64,000 nt of DNA from Spirochaetes bacterium GWB1_36_13 (GCA_001829155.1 MIAO01000061.1:31714-95713), one strand, 5' to 3'; positions 19,663 to 29,105 are shown, counted from the stretch's first letter. Translations and numbers: made by a program. Notes: generated by a model from the letters alone, not told the origin.

Positions 19663-21069
19663 ATGGTAATGTATAAAGTCCTTTTAGTGGATGAAAATAA
19701 AGAAAATATCCAGTTTTTTAAAGAAATTTTTGAGAAATGGGCGATTGACTGTATGGTAGTCAATGACATCGATAATTCTTTATTAAAGATTAATATTCTA
19801 AAACCGGACTTTATTATGATATCTTCTGATCTTCAGGTTAATTATGAAAATATTATCCAATTTCTGGCAACCAAAAACTTCAAAATCCTTCTTTATGGAA
19901 GAAAACAGGCTAGCTTGAATTGGAAACATATTGTTGGTTTTAAAGGATATCTTCCTTTTCCTTATAATGTTCTTCAGTTTAAAAATATGTTTTATTCCAA
20001 TTTAAAAAATGATTATAAAAAAGATGATAAGGAATCTCATATCGAACTGGTTATCAACGATAAAATAGGTGTTGTTGATCTAGCGGGGAAAATAACATGG
20101 GAACAAGTGCATGAACTGAAATATTCTATTATTCATTCTATTCAAAAAGATGAAATCCTTGGAATTATCTTTATTTTTCAGCAGCTTGAGAACATGGATT
20201 CAGACTTGACTGAATTGATTGAACATTCATTTAGTTTTATAAAGGATTTAAAGTTTGATTCAAAGGCGATTAAATTTTTAAGTATGGATAAAAGAATTAT
20301 TGACCTTATTCATCAAAACCCCGTCTTGCGGAAGATAGAACAGGTAAATTCTTTTGCGGAAGCTTTTTTAAGGCTTCAAAATATCAATTTAAAGGGAAAT
20401 AATCTGGGGCTGGATATTGATTTTTTAAAAGAAAATATTAAATTAGTTGAAAATGTTTATGATGAGTATGGGAATCTGATAAAAAAGGCGGGAGATATTT
20501 TTTCCAAAGAAGATATTTTTAAACTCAGAAGTGAAGGAATTACAAAAATCTATTATGCCAATGAACTTTCATATATGGGAATATCAATCGGCGATGTTTC
20601 TGAAGTCAAAAAAAATATTGAGGAAATTATTATCCGTCAGGCTGAAAATGCAAGTAATTTAGGCATTTCAGAAGAAACCCAAAAGAAGGCAAATCTCGAA
20701 GAGAAACTGGTTATTCTTGTCGAAGATGATAAGGGAAGTCAGATGCTGATAGCAAAAATACTGGACAAGCTCAAATGCAGTTATAAGATTGCTGATAATG
20801 GACGGGATGCTCTTTCTTATGCGATTCATTACAATCCTCATTTAATCATTCTGGATTTAATGATGCCGAAAATGAACGGGGTAGAGTTTGTGAAACAATA
20901 CAAGGAGCTTCGTAAAAATTTACTGGCGCCTATTATTGTAACTTCCGGTGTCAATAAACCTGAAATTATTCAATATTTATTAAAAACTAATGTAGTCAAA
21001 GATTTTATATTAAAACCTATTGTCGATTTAAAAGGTTTTGTTTTTAAAATTTTAAATTACCTTGTCTGA
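19663..21069 (+). CDS. Multi-domain regulator: degenerate N-terminal receiver, central STAS (anti-sigma-antagonist-like) domain, C-terminal CheY-like receiver
   Basis: The C-terminal REC has LVILVEDD...LIILDLMMPKMNG...LKP. The central segment (IGVVDLAGKITWEQVHELKYSI...) is STAS-like. The N-terminal segment (VLLVDENKENIQFFKEIF...FIMISSDL) is receiver-like. Confidence 0.6.
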   Translation: MVMYKVLLVDENKENIQFFKEIFEKWAIDCMVVNDIDNSLLKINILKPDFIMISSDLQVNYENIIQFLATKNFKILLYGRKQASLNWKHIVGFKGYLPFPYNVLQFKNMFYSNLKNDYKKDDKESHIELVINDKIGVVDLAGKITWEQVHELKYSIIHSIQKDEILGIIFIFQQLENMDSDLTELIEHSFSFIKDLKFDSKAIKFLSMDKRIIDLIHQNPVLRKIEQVNSFAEAFLRLQNINLKGNNLGLDIDFLKENIKLVENVYDEYGNLIKKAGDIFSKEDIFKLRSEGITKIYYANELSYMGISIGDVSEVKKNIEEIIIRQAENASNLGISEETQKKANLEEKLVILVEDDKGSQMLIAKILDKLKCSYKIADNGRDALSYAIHYNPHLIILDLMMPKMNGVEFVKQYKELRKNLLAPIIVTSGVNKPEIIQYLLKTNVVKDFILKPIVDLKGFVFKILNYLV

Positions 21070-21173
21070 AAAAATCTCAATTTTTTATAAATAAATTTTT
21101 TTTATTGACTTTTTTTCTTTATTTTTTTTATTTAAAAATTAAATTTAAAAGTTATTGATATTAAGAGGTAAAA

Positions 21174-22004
21174 ATGAGATTAAAACGGGTTGCGCTTTTA
21201 TTTTTTCTATCTTTAGTTATTTGTTCATCTTTTGTTTCGGCTGAGCAATATGATCAGAAAGAGGCTGAAATTGAAATCGATAATGCTTCAAAAGCAATAG
21301 CGGAAGCATTAAGCGATCCTAAAACAAGGGATTTTCTTCCGTTTCTATTTGGAGAATCGAAAAAATATTATGAAGAAGCCAGATATTATCTGGAAGAAGA
21401 AGAATTTGACTGGTCGGTTTATTTTTCAAAAATGTCGCAGATCATGGCTCAGGCATCTTTATACCGCGCAAAAGCGGAGCTTTTAAAATGGCAGCTAAGG
21501 GATGAAGAAATAAAGAAATGGAAAAAAACAGCGACAGCAGGTGAAAAAGGAAATCTTTATCAGGAAAAAATCAAAGCTTTGGAGCAAGAATTTCTAGAAG
21601 CAAAATTAAATCTTTTAATGGCTGAAAATAAAATGGAAAAAATGGGTAGGGTTTATATCTTGACAATCAATGATAAAGACCTTTTCATATCCGGAACCTA
21701 CGCAATCAGTGATAACGGGCAGGCTGTTTTAGATAAAGTTCTTCAGGTGCTTTCTCTTGTGCCTCAATCGAAAATTACAGTAGAGGGGCATACTGCCAAA
21801 GCAGATAAAGACAATAACGCCACCATTAAGGCCAATTCAGTCAAAGATTATTTAGTCAGGAGAAGTAAAAATCCTCTGGAAAATATCTGGATAACAGCTT
21901 ATGGAAATCAAAAACCTTTGGTTATTAATAATAAAGTTCTTCGGGGACCTGAAAATGACAGAATTGTGATCGTTTTCGAGCTGCCTGAAAAAATACATGA
22001 ATAA
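21174..22004 (+). CDS. Secreted protein with helical DUF4398-like N-domain and one degenerate OmpA-C-like domain
   Basis: Signal peptide. C-terminal ...VEGHTAKADKDNNATIKANSVKDYL...YGNQKPL...NDRIVIVFELP follows the OmpA_C scaffold. The TD Asp and RA Arg positions are substituted. Confidence 0.6.
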   Translation: MRLKRVALLFFLSLVICSSFVSAEQYDQKEAEIEIDNASKAIAEALSDPKTRDFLPFLFGESKKYYEEARYYLEEEEFDWSVYFSKMSQIMAQASLYRAKAELLKWQLRDEEIKKWKKTATAGEKGNLYQEKIKALEQEFLEAKLNLLMAENKMEKMGRVYILTINDKDLFISGTYAISDNGQAVLDKVLQVLSLVPQSKITVEGHTAKADKDNNATIKANSVKDYLVRRSKNPLENIWITAYGNQKPLVINNKVLRGPENDRIVIVFELPEKIHE

Positions 22005-22014
22005 GGAGAAAAAT

Positions 22015-22356
22015 ATGAAAATCAAACCAATCTTTGCTTTATCTTTTTTAATTATCTTTATGAGCGGGAATCTTTTTGCAGCTGTAAAAAAAAATAAACA
22101 GGACGCTGAATCAAAGGTGAAAGTAGCTGAAATCCAATACGATCAAATAAAAAAAGAAGCTCACGATATGGCGCCTAAAGAACTTTTATCTGCTGAGCAA
22201 GCACTTAAAAATGCGAAAAAAGAACTGAAAGAAGAAGAATGGCTTTATGCCTATCAGGAAGCGGATAAGGTAATGGCTTATCTTACTTTGATCCGGGCAA
22301 TTATTGAATATAAAAATGCTTTGAAAGAATATGAAAACTTTAAAAACAGCCAGTGA
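22015..22356 (+). CDS. Small secreted helical protein paralogous to the N-domains of the flanking OmpA-like proteins
   Basis: Internal ATG at 22015 with an AAGGAG RBS (track ORF starts at 21997). Signal peptide. AYLTLIRAIIEYKNALKEYE resembles ASLYRAKAELLKWQLRDEE in the neighbouring genes. Confidence 0.45.
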   Translation: MKIKPIFALSFLIIFMSGNLFAAVKKNKQDAESKVKVAEIQYDQIKKEAHDMAPKELLSAEQALKNAKKELKEEEWLYAYQEADKVMAYLTLIRAIIEYKNALKEYENFKNSQ

Positions 22357-24241
22357 CGGGGTAGCGGGTATGCAGAATAAGAAAATTAAGATCATTTTTA
22401 TCGTTTTTTTACTGTTTGCAAATATCACAATCTTTGCTGATAGAAAAAGTTCTGATGAAGTTGAAAGTGAAATTGCTCACGCTGAAAAAATGATCAAAAA
22501 AACTGAAGCATTAAAACCAGTCAAGGAATTTCCCTATGAACTGGTATTGGCAAAATATTATTTAGAAAAAGCAAAAGAGAACCTTGATGACGGAGATGAA
22601 GATATTGCAAGTTATTTTGCCGTTCTTTCAGCAATACAGGGTGAAACGGCTTATTATAAACTTCAGGCCTTTGACCTGAAATGGAAAAGAAAAGAAGAAG
22701 AATTAAAACTCTGGAAGAGTCTGGCTGCTGAAAATTCCGGAGAGATGGCAAAAGTTTACCATAAAATGGAAAAAGAAATCAGGCAGACAAAACTCGATTT
22801 CGCTGTCATAAATGCGGGTTTTGAAAATGCGGACAATGTTTTTTCCATGATGTTAAAAGATTCTGAAAATCTTATTAAAATTACTTTTTCAATTAAAGAT
22901 TCAGGAAAAATTGCTCTTTCAGAATGGTTTCAGATTTTAGCCTTAATTCCTGGGATCCAATTAAAAATTGAAAGCCATACTTCAGGGAAAGATAAAGATA
23001 ACCTTTTATCTACTGCCAAAGGAGAAGCTTTGAAAACTTATCTGATTCAGTCTGGACTTTTTAAGCCGGATCAGATTGTTCTTAATGCTTATGGTAATGA
23101 AAAGCCACTTATGAATCAAGACAAGCCTGTTAAGGGAAAAGCGAATGACCGAATTGAAATATTTTTTGAAAAAGAAAAATCTTATCATTTTATTTTTCAA
23201 GATGCGCAAATTATTAAAAAACAAAAAAAAGATTTTATTTTTAATGGTTCAGGAATGATTTTATTGAACGAATTTTTGGCAATATTTCTACTTCTTCCCG
23301 ATCCTTCCCTTTTAATTGAAGGACATACTTCAAACAAGGATCTTGAGAATTCTTCTTTGGCAAAAGCAGTTTTAATGAAAGATTATTTTATTCAGAAAAC
23401 TGGATTTGCACCTGATAAAATCAAGACAACAGGTTTTGGAGATACGAAGCCTTTGATGAACGGAAGCAAACCTGTAAAGGGGAAAAATAATGACCGAATG
23501 GTTTTATCGATTTTAGTAAAAGATAAAATTGTTTCTCTTTTGCTAAATGATTCGGAAATGATTCAAAAAGGCGGTTTTTCGGCAAGAATCAGTGAGGAAG
23601 GGAAAAAAAACCTCAATGAGCTTGTTCAAATGATTAAAAATAACGCCGTAGAGAAAGCAAGAATTAATATCGAGGGTTTTACCGACAAGTACGATAAAAA
23701 CAATTCTGAGTCCGAATTGAAGGCAAATTTGATACGCGATTATCTGGTGGAAAATGGGAAAATTCCTGTTGAAAAAACAACACTTTATCCACTCGGAAAT
23801 AAAAAACCTTTAAAAGTTGATGGAAAAGTCTTAAAAGGAGTTGATAATAACCGTGTTGAAGTTTCTTTTGCCGTAGGGAAAAAATACCTTCTCGGGATTC
23901 ATGATAATGATCTTTTTATCAAAAAATCTTTTCTGATCAGTGAAAGCGGCAAATCTTATCTTGATAAAGTACATTATCTTCTTTCTTTGATTCCAAATGC
24001 TAAAATATTGATTGAAGGTCATACTTCAGGAAATGATAAAAATAACTCTGTTTCAGAGTCAAAAGCAAGTGCGATCAGAGATTATTTTGTGAATGTCAAA
24101 AAAGTATCGGATGGGAGCATTTCTATCAAAGCTTATGGAAATTTGAAACCTATAGAAATGAACGGGGTTGAAAAAAAAGGCGCCCTCAATGACAGGGTTG
24201 TGATTATTATTGAACTTCCCAAATCGGAAGCGGAAAAATAA
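22331..24241 (+). CDS. Secreted protein with DUF4398-like N-domain and four tandem degenerate OmpA-C-like domains
   Basis: Four repeats of EGHTS(G/N)KDK(D/N)N...DYL/F...YGN.KPL...ND/NR(I/V)E/V. The likely true start is the internal M at 22370 (MQNKKIKIIFIVFLLFANITIFA signal peptide). Confidence 0.6.
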   Translation: MKTLKTASDGVAGMQNKKIKIIFIVFLLFANITIFADRKSSDEVESEIAHAEKMIKKTEALKPVKEFPYELVLAKYYLEKAKENLDDGDEDIASYFAVLSAIQGETAYYKLQAFDLKWKRKEEELKLWKSLAAENSGEMAKVYHKMEKEIRQTKLDFAVINAGFENADNVFSMMLKDSENLIKITFSIKDSGKIALSEWFQILALIPGIQLKIESHTSGKDKDNLLSTAKGEALKTYLIQSGLFKPDQIVLNAYGNEKPLMNQDKPVKGKANDRIEIFFEKEKSYHFIFQDAQIIKKQKKDFIFNGSGMILLNEFLAIFLLLPDPSLLIEGHTSNKDLENSSLAKAVLMKDYFIQKTGFAPDKIKTTGFGDTKPLMNGSKPVKGKNNDRMVLSILVKDKIVSLLLNDSEMIQKGGFSARISEEGKKNLNELVQMIKNNAVEKARINIEGFTDKYDKNNSESELKANLIRDYLVENGKIPVEKTTLYPLGNKKPLKVDGKVLKGVDNNRVEVSFAVGKKYLLGIHDNDLFIKKSFLISESGKSYLDKVHYLLSLIPNAKILIEGHTSGNDKNNSVSESKASAIRDYFVNVKKVSDGSISIKAYGNLKPIEMNGVEKKGALNDRVVIIIELPKSEAEK

Positions 24242-24258
24242 ATTTTAAATTAATAAGG

Positions 24259-24291
24259 CTGCGGATTTAACTCCGCAGTTTATTTATTTTT
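24259..24291 (+). terminator. Rho-independent terminator after the OmpA-like cluster
   Basis: CTGCGGA-TTTAAC-TCCGCAG hairpin followed by TTTATTTATTTTT. Confidence 0.7.
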
Positions 24292-24372
24292 CAAATGCTC
24301 AAATTTTTCTTCTGAATTGTTTTATCTCTGGCAAGTTATTAAATTTTTATCCTAGAAAAGGATGTATCTTGA

Positions 24373-25377
24373 ATGAATGAAATTTTTCAGACAGAAGAAG
24401 AAAGCGAACTCGAAAAAAATCTTTTATTAAGACCTGAGAGTTTTGAAAATTTTATTGGACAAAATCGGAATATTGATAATTTGAAAGTTTTTATTCAGGC
24501 TGCCAAAATGAGAAAACAGGTTTTAGATCATGTTCTTTTAAGCGGATCACCAGGACTTGGAAAAACAACTCTCGCCCGGATTATTGCCAATGAAATGAAA
24601 GGAGAGCTTGTGGCTACCAGCGCTCCAGCACTTGAAAAAACAGGGGATCTTGCGGCTGTTTTGACAGGGCTTGAAAAGGGGAGCATTCTATTTATTGATG
24701 AAATTCACCGTTTAAGACCGGCGCTTGAAGAATTGCTTTACAGCGCTATGGAAGACTTTAAGATTGATATTATGATTGGGCAGGGAGCCGGGGCAAAAAC
24801 AGTTGAACTGAATTTAAACCCTTTTACATTGATAGGGGCAACAACCCGGGCGGGAATGCTTTCCACACCTCTCCAGACCAGATTCGGGATTCAGCTCAGG
24901 CTGGAGTTTTATGAGCCGGAAGATCTTGAAAAAATTCTTGCCAAAAAAGCAGAAGTTTTAAAAATAAAAATTGCTGAAAACAGTAAAAATGAAATCTCAA
25001 AACGCTCCAGAGGAACTCCTCGAATCCTTTTAAAGCTATTAAAACGCGTGTGGGATTTCAGTATGGTTGCCGGTCAGAAAGAAATTGACATTCATATTAC
25101 CCGCAAAGCTTTAGAGAGGATGGGAATAGATGAAAACGGGCTTTCTTTAGAAGATAAAAAGATTCTTGAGATTATTGTTAAAAACTATGATGGAGGGCCT
25201 GTCGGGCTTCAAACCATAGCCATATCTATGGGAGAAAGCGAAGATGGAATTCAGGATGTTTATGAGCCTTTTTTAATTCGGGAAGGATTTATTAAAAAAA
25301 CACCCAAAGGCCGTATGACTACAGCAAAAGCCTATGAATATCTTGGTTATTCGAAAAATCAGGAAAGCTTATTTTAG
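24373..25377 (+). CDS. ruvB: Holliday junction branch migration helicase RuvB
   Basis: Walker A GSPGLGKTTLA, Walker B LFIDEIHRL, sensor regions, and a C-terminal winged-helix pattern. Confidence 0.9.
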   Translation: MNEIFQTEEESELEKNLLLRPESFENFIGQNRNIDNLKVFIQAAKMRKQVLDHVLLSGSPGLGKTTLARIIANEMKGELVATSAPALEKTGDLAAVLTGLEKGSILFIDEIHRLRPALEELLYSAMEDFKIDIMIGQGAGAKTVELNLNPFTLIGATTRAGMLSTPLQTRFGIQLRLEFYEPEDLEKILAKKAEVLKIKIAENSKNEISKRSRGTPRILLKLLKRVWDFSMVAGQKEIDIHITRKALERMGIDENGLSLEDKKILEIIVKNYDGGPVGLQTIAISMGESEDGIQDVYEPFLIREGFIKKTPKGRMTTAKAYEYLGYSKNQESLF

Positions 25378-25385
25378 AGGAAAAA

Positions 25386-27113
25386 ATGGTATCAAAGCAG
25401 TTTATTCTTAATATGATCAATAAATTTTTTCTTTTTATAGAACATTTAAGTTTTATTGTCACATTTTTTGGAATTATGCTTTTAATCACTTTTCTGACGA
25501 CTGGTTCTGAATTTCTGGTGATTCATTTTCTGGATACAATTTTTATTTTTATTATTGTGAATAAAATTATTTATGGTTTTTTTAACATTGCTTATCAAAA
25601 AGGAGTTCAAAATAAACTCACTGAACTTTTATTTGGAATCCTTCTCCTTCTTTTTTATCTGGCTATCCGTTATATTCTCGAATTGGATCTTCCTGAAGGT
25701 TTAAAAGCGGTATTTGAAAAATTTGCGATTTTTTTAAGGGCGATTACTTATTTTATTTATTTGGTAATCAATAAAGAAAAAATACTTTTCTATACTAAAA
25801 CTATCCGGTTAAATCCAGCTCAGACTTTTACTTTCGGATTTATTTTTCTCATCATGCTGGGAATCTGGCTTTTATCCCTTCCTTATGCTACTGTCAAACC
25901 GGTTGCTTTTGAGGATAGGGTTTTTATCTCGACTTCGGCAGTCTGTGTGACAGGATTGGCTACTATTGATATTAGTACCCATTTTACTCTTTTTGGGCAG
26001 TCTGTTATTCTTTTTCTGATTCAGGCAGGAGGATTGAGCATTGTTACTCTCTATAATTTTCTCCTTATCTTTTCGGGTGAAAAAATTGAATTCCGTCAAA
26101 GACGCTTTTTACTCGAACTTTTTAATCAAAAAAACTTTCAGATTCTTAAAAAACTTTTGAATATGATTATTCTTTCTACTCTTGTCATTGAGCTGATTGG
26201 CGCTTTCCTTATTTTTATTTCTATTTCCGGAATGGAAATGCCGCAAAGAATCTTTTTTTCTATTTTCCATTCTATTTCAGCATTTTGTAATGCCGGTTTT
26301 TCCACGCTTCCCGATAGTTTGATGACATATTACAGTTATTTTAATATTAATGTGATTATTATAGGCTTAATTATTGCAGGAGGAATCGGCTTCCCTGTGC
26401 TTTTTGAACTGAAAGAAAACCTCTTTAGAAGAAAAAAATATTCTTTAAATACCCGGATTATTCTGATCATGACACTTATTTTAATACTTCTGGGGACTTT
26501 TATGTTTTTTGTCGAAGAATACCATCATGCTTTGAAAGATTTAAATATTTTTGATAAATTTCTGGCGTCTTTATTTCAATCGGTAACAACCAGAACAGCC
26601 GGTTTTAATACAATTGATTTTTCAAATCTTCAGCCCACCACTTATCTTTGGACAATTGTTTTAATGTTTATCGGAGCTTCTCCCGCATCTATCGGAGGCG
26701 GACTCAAGACAACCACTTTTTTCCTCAATATTGCGCTTATCTACACGATTTTTAAAAAACAGAATCAGGAAGTTACTCTTTTTCAAAGAAAAATCAACAA
26801 TGATATTTTCCTGACAGCCGCATTTCTCTTTTTTTCAAGGGCTGGTTTTATTTTTCTTTTTACTATGGTGCTTTTTTACAACGAGACTATTGATTTGCTC
26901 AAAATTCTTTTTGAGGTTGTTTCAGCCTTTTCCACAGTAGGGCTTTCAACTGGAATTACTTCTTCTCTCAGTGTGTCAAGTAAATACATCATTGTTTTTA
27001 CCATGTTTATAGGAAGAATCGGAATCCTGAATATGCTTCATGTTTTTTCAAAAAACAAGGCGGGAGCGGAAAATAATTTTGAATATCCGGAAGGATATAT
27101 TTTAACGGAATAA
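25386..27113 (+). CDS. trkH: TrkH/KtrB-family cation (K+) transporter membrane subunit
   Basis: Polytopic membrane protein with repeated pore-loop-like GFNT / GGLKTTTF motifs. Confidence 0.7.
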   Translation: MVSKQFILNMINKFFLFIEHLSFIVTFFGIMLLITFLTTGSEFLVIHFLDTIFIFIIVNKIIYGFFNIAYQKGVQNKLTELLFGILLLLFYLAIRYILELDLPEGLKAVFEKFAIFLRAITYFIYLVINKEKILFYTKTIRLNPAQTFTFGFIFLIMLGIWLLSLPYATVKPVAFEDRVFISTSAVCVTGLATIDISTHFTLFGQSVILFLIQAGGLSIVTLYNFLLIFSGEKIEFRQRRFLLELFNQKNFQILKKLLNMIILSTLVIELIGAFLIFISISGMEMPQRIFFSIFHSISAFCNAGFSTLPDSLMTYYSYFNINVIIIGLIIAGGIGFPVLFELKENLFRRKKYSLNTRIILIMTLILILLGTFMFFVEEYHHALKDLNIFDKFLASLFQSVTTRTAGFNTIDFSNLQPTTYLWTIVLMFIGASPASIGGGLKTTTFFLNIALIYTIFKKQNQEVTLFQRKINNDIFLTAAFLFFSRAGFIFLFTMVLFYNETIDLLKILFEVVSAFSTVGLSTGITSSLSVSSKYIIVFTMFIGRIGILNMLHVFSKNKAGAENNFEYPEGYILTE

Positions 27114-27115
27114 AT

Positions 27116-27775
27116 TTACCGGTTCTTATCCACTCCATTTTTTTCACAAAGAGAGGTCACGGGGCAGGAAGAGCAAAAAGGGGAGACAGGTTTGCAAATT
27201 GTCTGACCAAAGGCAACCAAAAGAGTATTGATAAAAGGATAAATTTTTTCCGGAAGTTTATCCATCAGTGCAAATTCTGTTTTTTCAGGAGTATCGGTTT
27301 TTACAATTCCCAATCTATTACTGATACGGTGAACATGAATATCAACACACACTGCGGGTTTTTTATATCCTAGTGAAAGAACCAGATTGGCTGTTTTTCT
27401 TCCGACTCCTTTAAATTTCAGGAGTTCATCCAAATTGTCCGGGACTTTTCCTTGATAATCTTTGATAATTTGAAAACTGATTTCATGGATTGTTTTCGCT
27501 TTATTCTTATAAAATCCCACAGGATAAATCAGTTTTTCAAGTTCTGGAAGGGGAATGGAAAGTATTTTTTCAGGCGTATCCCCTTTATTAAAAAGAGAAT
27601 GTACTGCTTTTGTTGTCACTTCGTCTTTGGTACGAAGACTTAAAAGGGTAGCAATGAGAATCCGATAAGGAGATTCTCCCATTTCAGCCATAAAAGAAAG
27701 AACAGGGGGATTCCATAAAGGATAGTTTTTCTCTAAAATCGAAAGGACTTGAATAAAAGAGTCCGGAGTTATCAT
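27116..27775 (-). CDS. nth: Endonuclease III (DNA glycosylase/AP lyase, HhH-GPD with 4Fe-4S cluster)
   Basis: HhH motif LKFKGVGRKTANLV. C-terminal CxxxxxxCxxCxxxxxC (CKPVSPFCSSCPVTSLC). Confidence 0.85.
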   Translation of the reverse strand: MITPDSFIQVLSILEKNYPLWNPPVLSFMAEMGESPYRILIATLLSLRTKDEVTTKAVHSLFNKGDTPEKILSIPLPELEKLIYPVGFYKNKAKTIHEISFQIIKDYQGKVPDNLDELLKFKGVGRKTANLVLSLGYKKPAVCVDIHVHRISNRLGIVKTDTPEKTEFALMDKLPEKIYPFINTLLVAFGQTICKPVSPFCSSCPVTSLCEKNGVDKNR

Positions 27776-27782
27776 AAAAAAA

Positions 27783-28163
27783 TCAGACTTTTTTTCTATT
27801 TGAAGAGAAATAACAGTTATGCTGGTTAATTTTTCTCATTAAGGCAGGACTAAAAACTTTTAATAAAAATTTCTGACTATTCATAACAACCACAGTTAAA
27901 AGGCTCATAAAAGCAAAACTGTAAATAATATAAGTCAAAATAGTCAATGTTGTGCCAAATTGTTTTACTCCCAAAGAGCTGTAGAGAAAGATTCCTGAAA
28001 CAATAAAAATAGTCATAAGAGACAAAGCTAAAATCTTGAGTATATTTTTACGGGATTCTTTTTTGTTAATTTTATAAGCTACATTGCTGTAAATATCATT
28101 TTGATATTCCACAGACCTGTATTTTCGCCCCATTCTGTTTAAAAGTTCATCTAAATGGTCCAT
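27783..28163 (-). CDS. Small membrane protein, putative anti-sigma factor (by position)
   Basis: Overlaps the 3' end of the ECF sigma gene. Two TM helices. Confidence 0.35.
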   Translation of the reverse strand: MDHLDELLNRMGRKYRSVEYQNDIYSNVAYKINKKESRKNILKILALSLMTIFIVSGIFLYSSLGVKQFGTTLTILTYIIYSFAFMSLLTVVVMNSQKFLLKVFSPALMRKINQHNCYFSSNRKKV

Positions 28164-28699
28164 TTTCCTAATCCCCGTTTTTTTAATTTTTCTTTCAGTA
28201 AATCTTTTCCCCTTTTAATCAGGGATTTAATTGTATTGGTCTTTATTCCGCTCACTTCAGCAATCTCATCATAAGAAAACTGCTCAAAAAAATACATAAT
28301 CAAAGGAAGTTGATATTTATCTTTCAGCGCCTTTAATTCTTCCCAGAGAGTTTTATAAATTTCTTTTTCAAAAATTTCTTCATTTTTTTCAAAAAAAAAA
28401 TCTTTTACTTCCTGTCTTTTTTTTAAAAAGCTTTTTTGCTGTTTTAAATAATCTATTCCCATATAATAGGCAATATGAATCAGCCAGGCTCTAAAACTTT
28501 CCTTTTTTTTCAGCTCTTTTATTTTATAAAAAACCTTGATCCAAACTTCCTGTATGAGATCATCCAGATCTGAGGGATTATTAGAAAATCTCAAAAGGAC
28601 TCTATAAACCAAAGCATTGTACTGTTTTATGAGTGGTTCTAAAGCTTCTTTATGACCATTTATTAAAGCTTCAATCCATTCAATTTCATTTTCTATCAC
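28151..28699 (-). CDS. ECF-type RNA polymerase sigma-70 factor
   Basis: Region 2 (LIQEVWIKVF...AWLIHIAYY) and region 4 HTH (SYDEIAEVSGIKTNTIKSLIKRG). Confidence 0.8.
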   Translation of the reverse strand: MIENEIEWIEALINGHKEALEPLIKQYNALVYRVLLRFSNNPSDLDDLIQEVWIKVFYKIKELKKKESFRAWLIHIAYYMGIDYLKQQKSFLKKRQEVKDFFFEKNEEIFEKEIYKTLWEELKALKDKYQLPLIMYFFEQFSYDEIAEVSGIKTNTIKSLIKRGKDLLKEKLKKRGLGKWTI

Positions 28700-29105
28700 T
28701 ACTCACCTTATTACTTAATAGATAAGAAAGAATAATAGCAATTCCAATTCCCAGGGGAAGACCGCCTGCTAAAAGTTCAAATCCGTAAGCTTTGTTTATT
28801 AAAAATACAATCGTGATCACTAATCCTGAAAATGCTATGATAAAACCTGTAACAATAAATATGAGATTCCAATTCAAATTCATTGGCTTGTAAATTCCTT
28901 TTTCGATTAAAAGCATTTTTTGTTTGTGAAAAAAGTAAAAAAGGGAAAGAAATAAAAGAGAGCCGAATAACACTCCAATAATGGGAACAATGGAAAGGAT
29001 AATTTGAGAGGCTTCAGATGGAAGACTGCCTTTTTCAATTATTTTTGCCAGTTCTGAAAGAGTTTTAGGGCTTAAATCCACTGATGTTTCTGAAATCAAA
29101 TCCAT
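28686..29105 (-). CDS. Small membrane protein (first gene of the ECF sigma operon)
   Basis: 139 aa with hydrophobic helices. Overlaps the sigma gene start. Confidence 0.4.
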   Translation of the reverse strand: MDLISETSVDLSPKTLSELAKIIEKGSLPSEASQIILSIVPIIGVLFGSLLFLSLFYFFHKQKMLLIEKGIYKPMNLNWNLIFIVTGFIIAFSGLVITIVFLINKAYGFELLAGGLPLGIGIAIILSYLLSNKVSSDRK

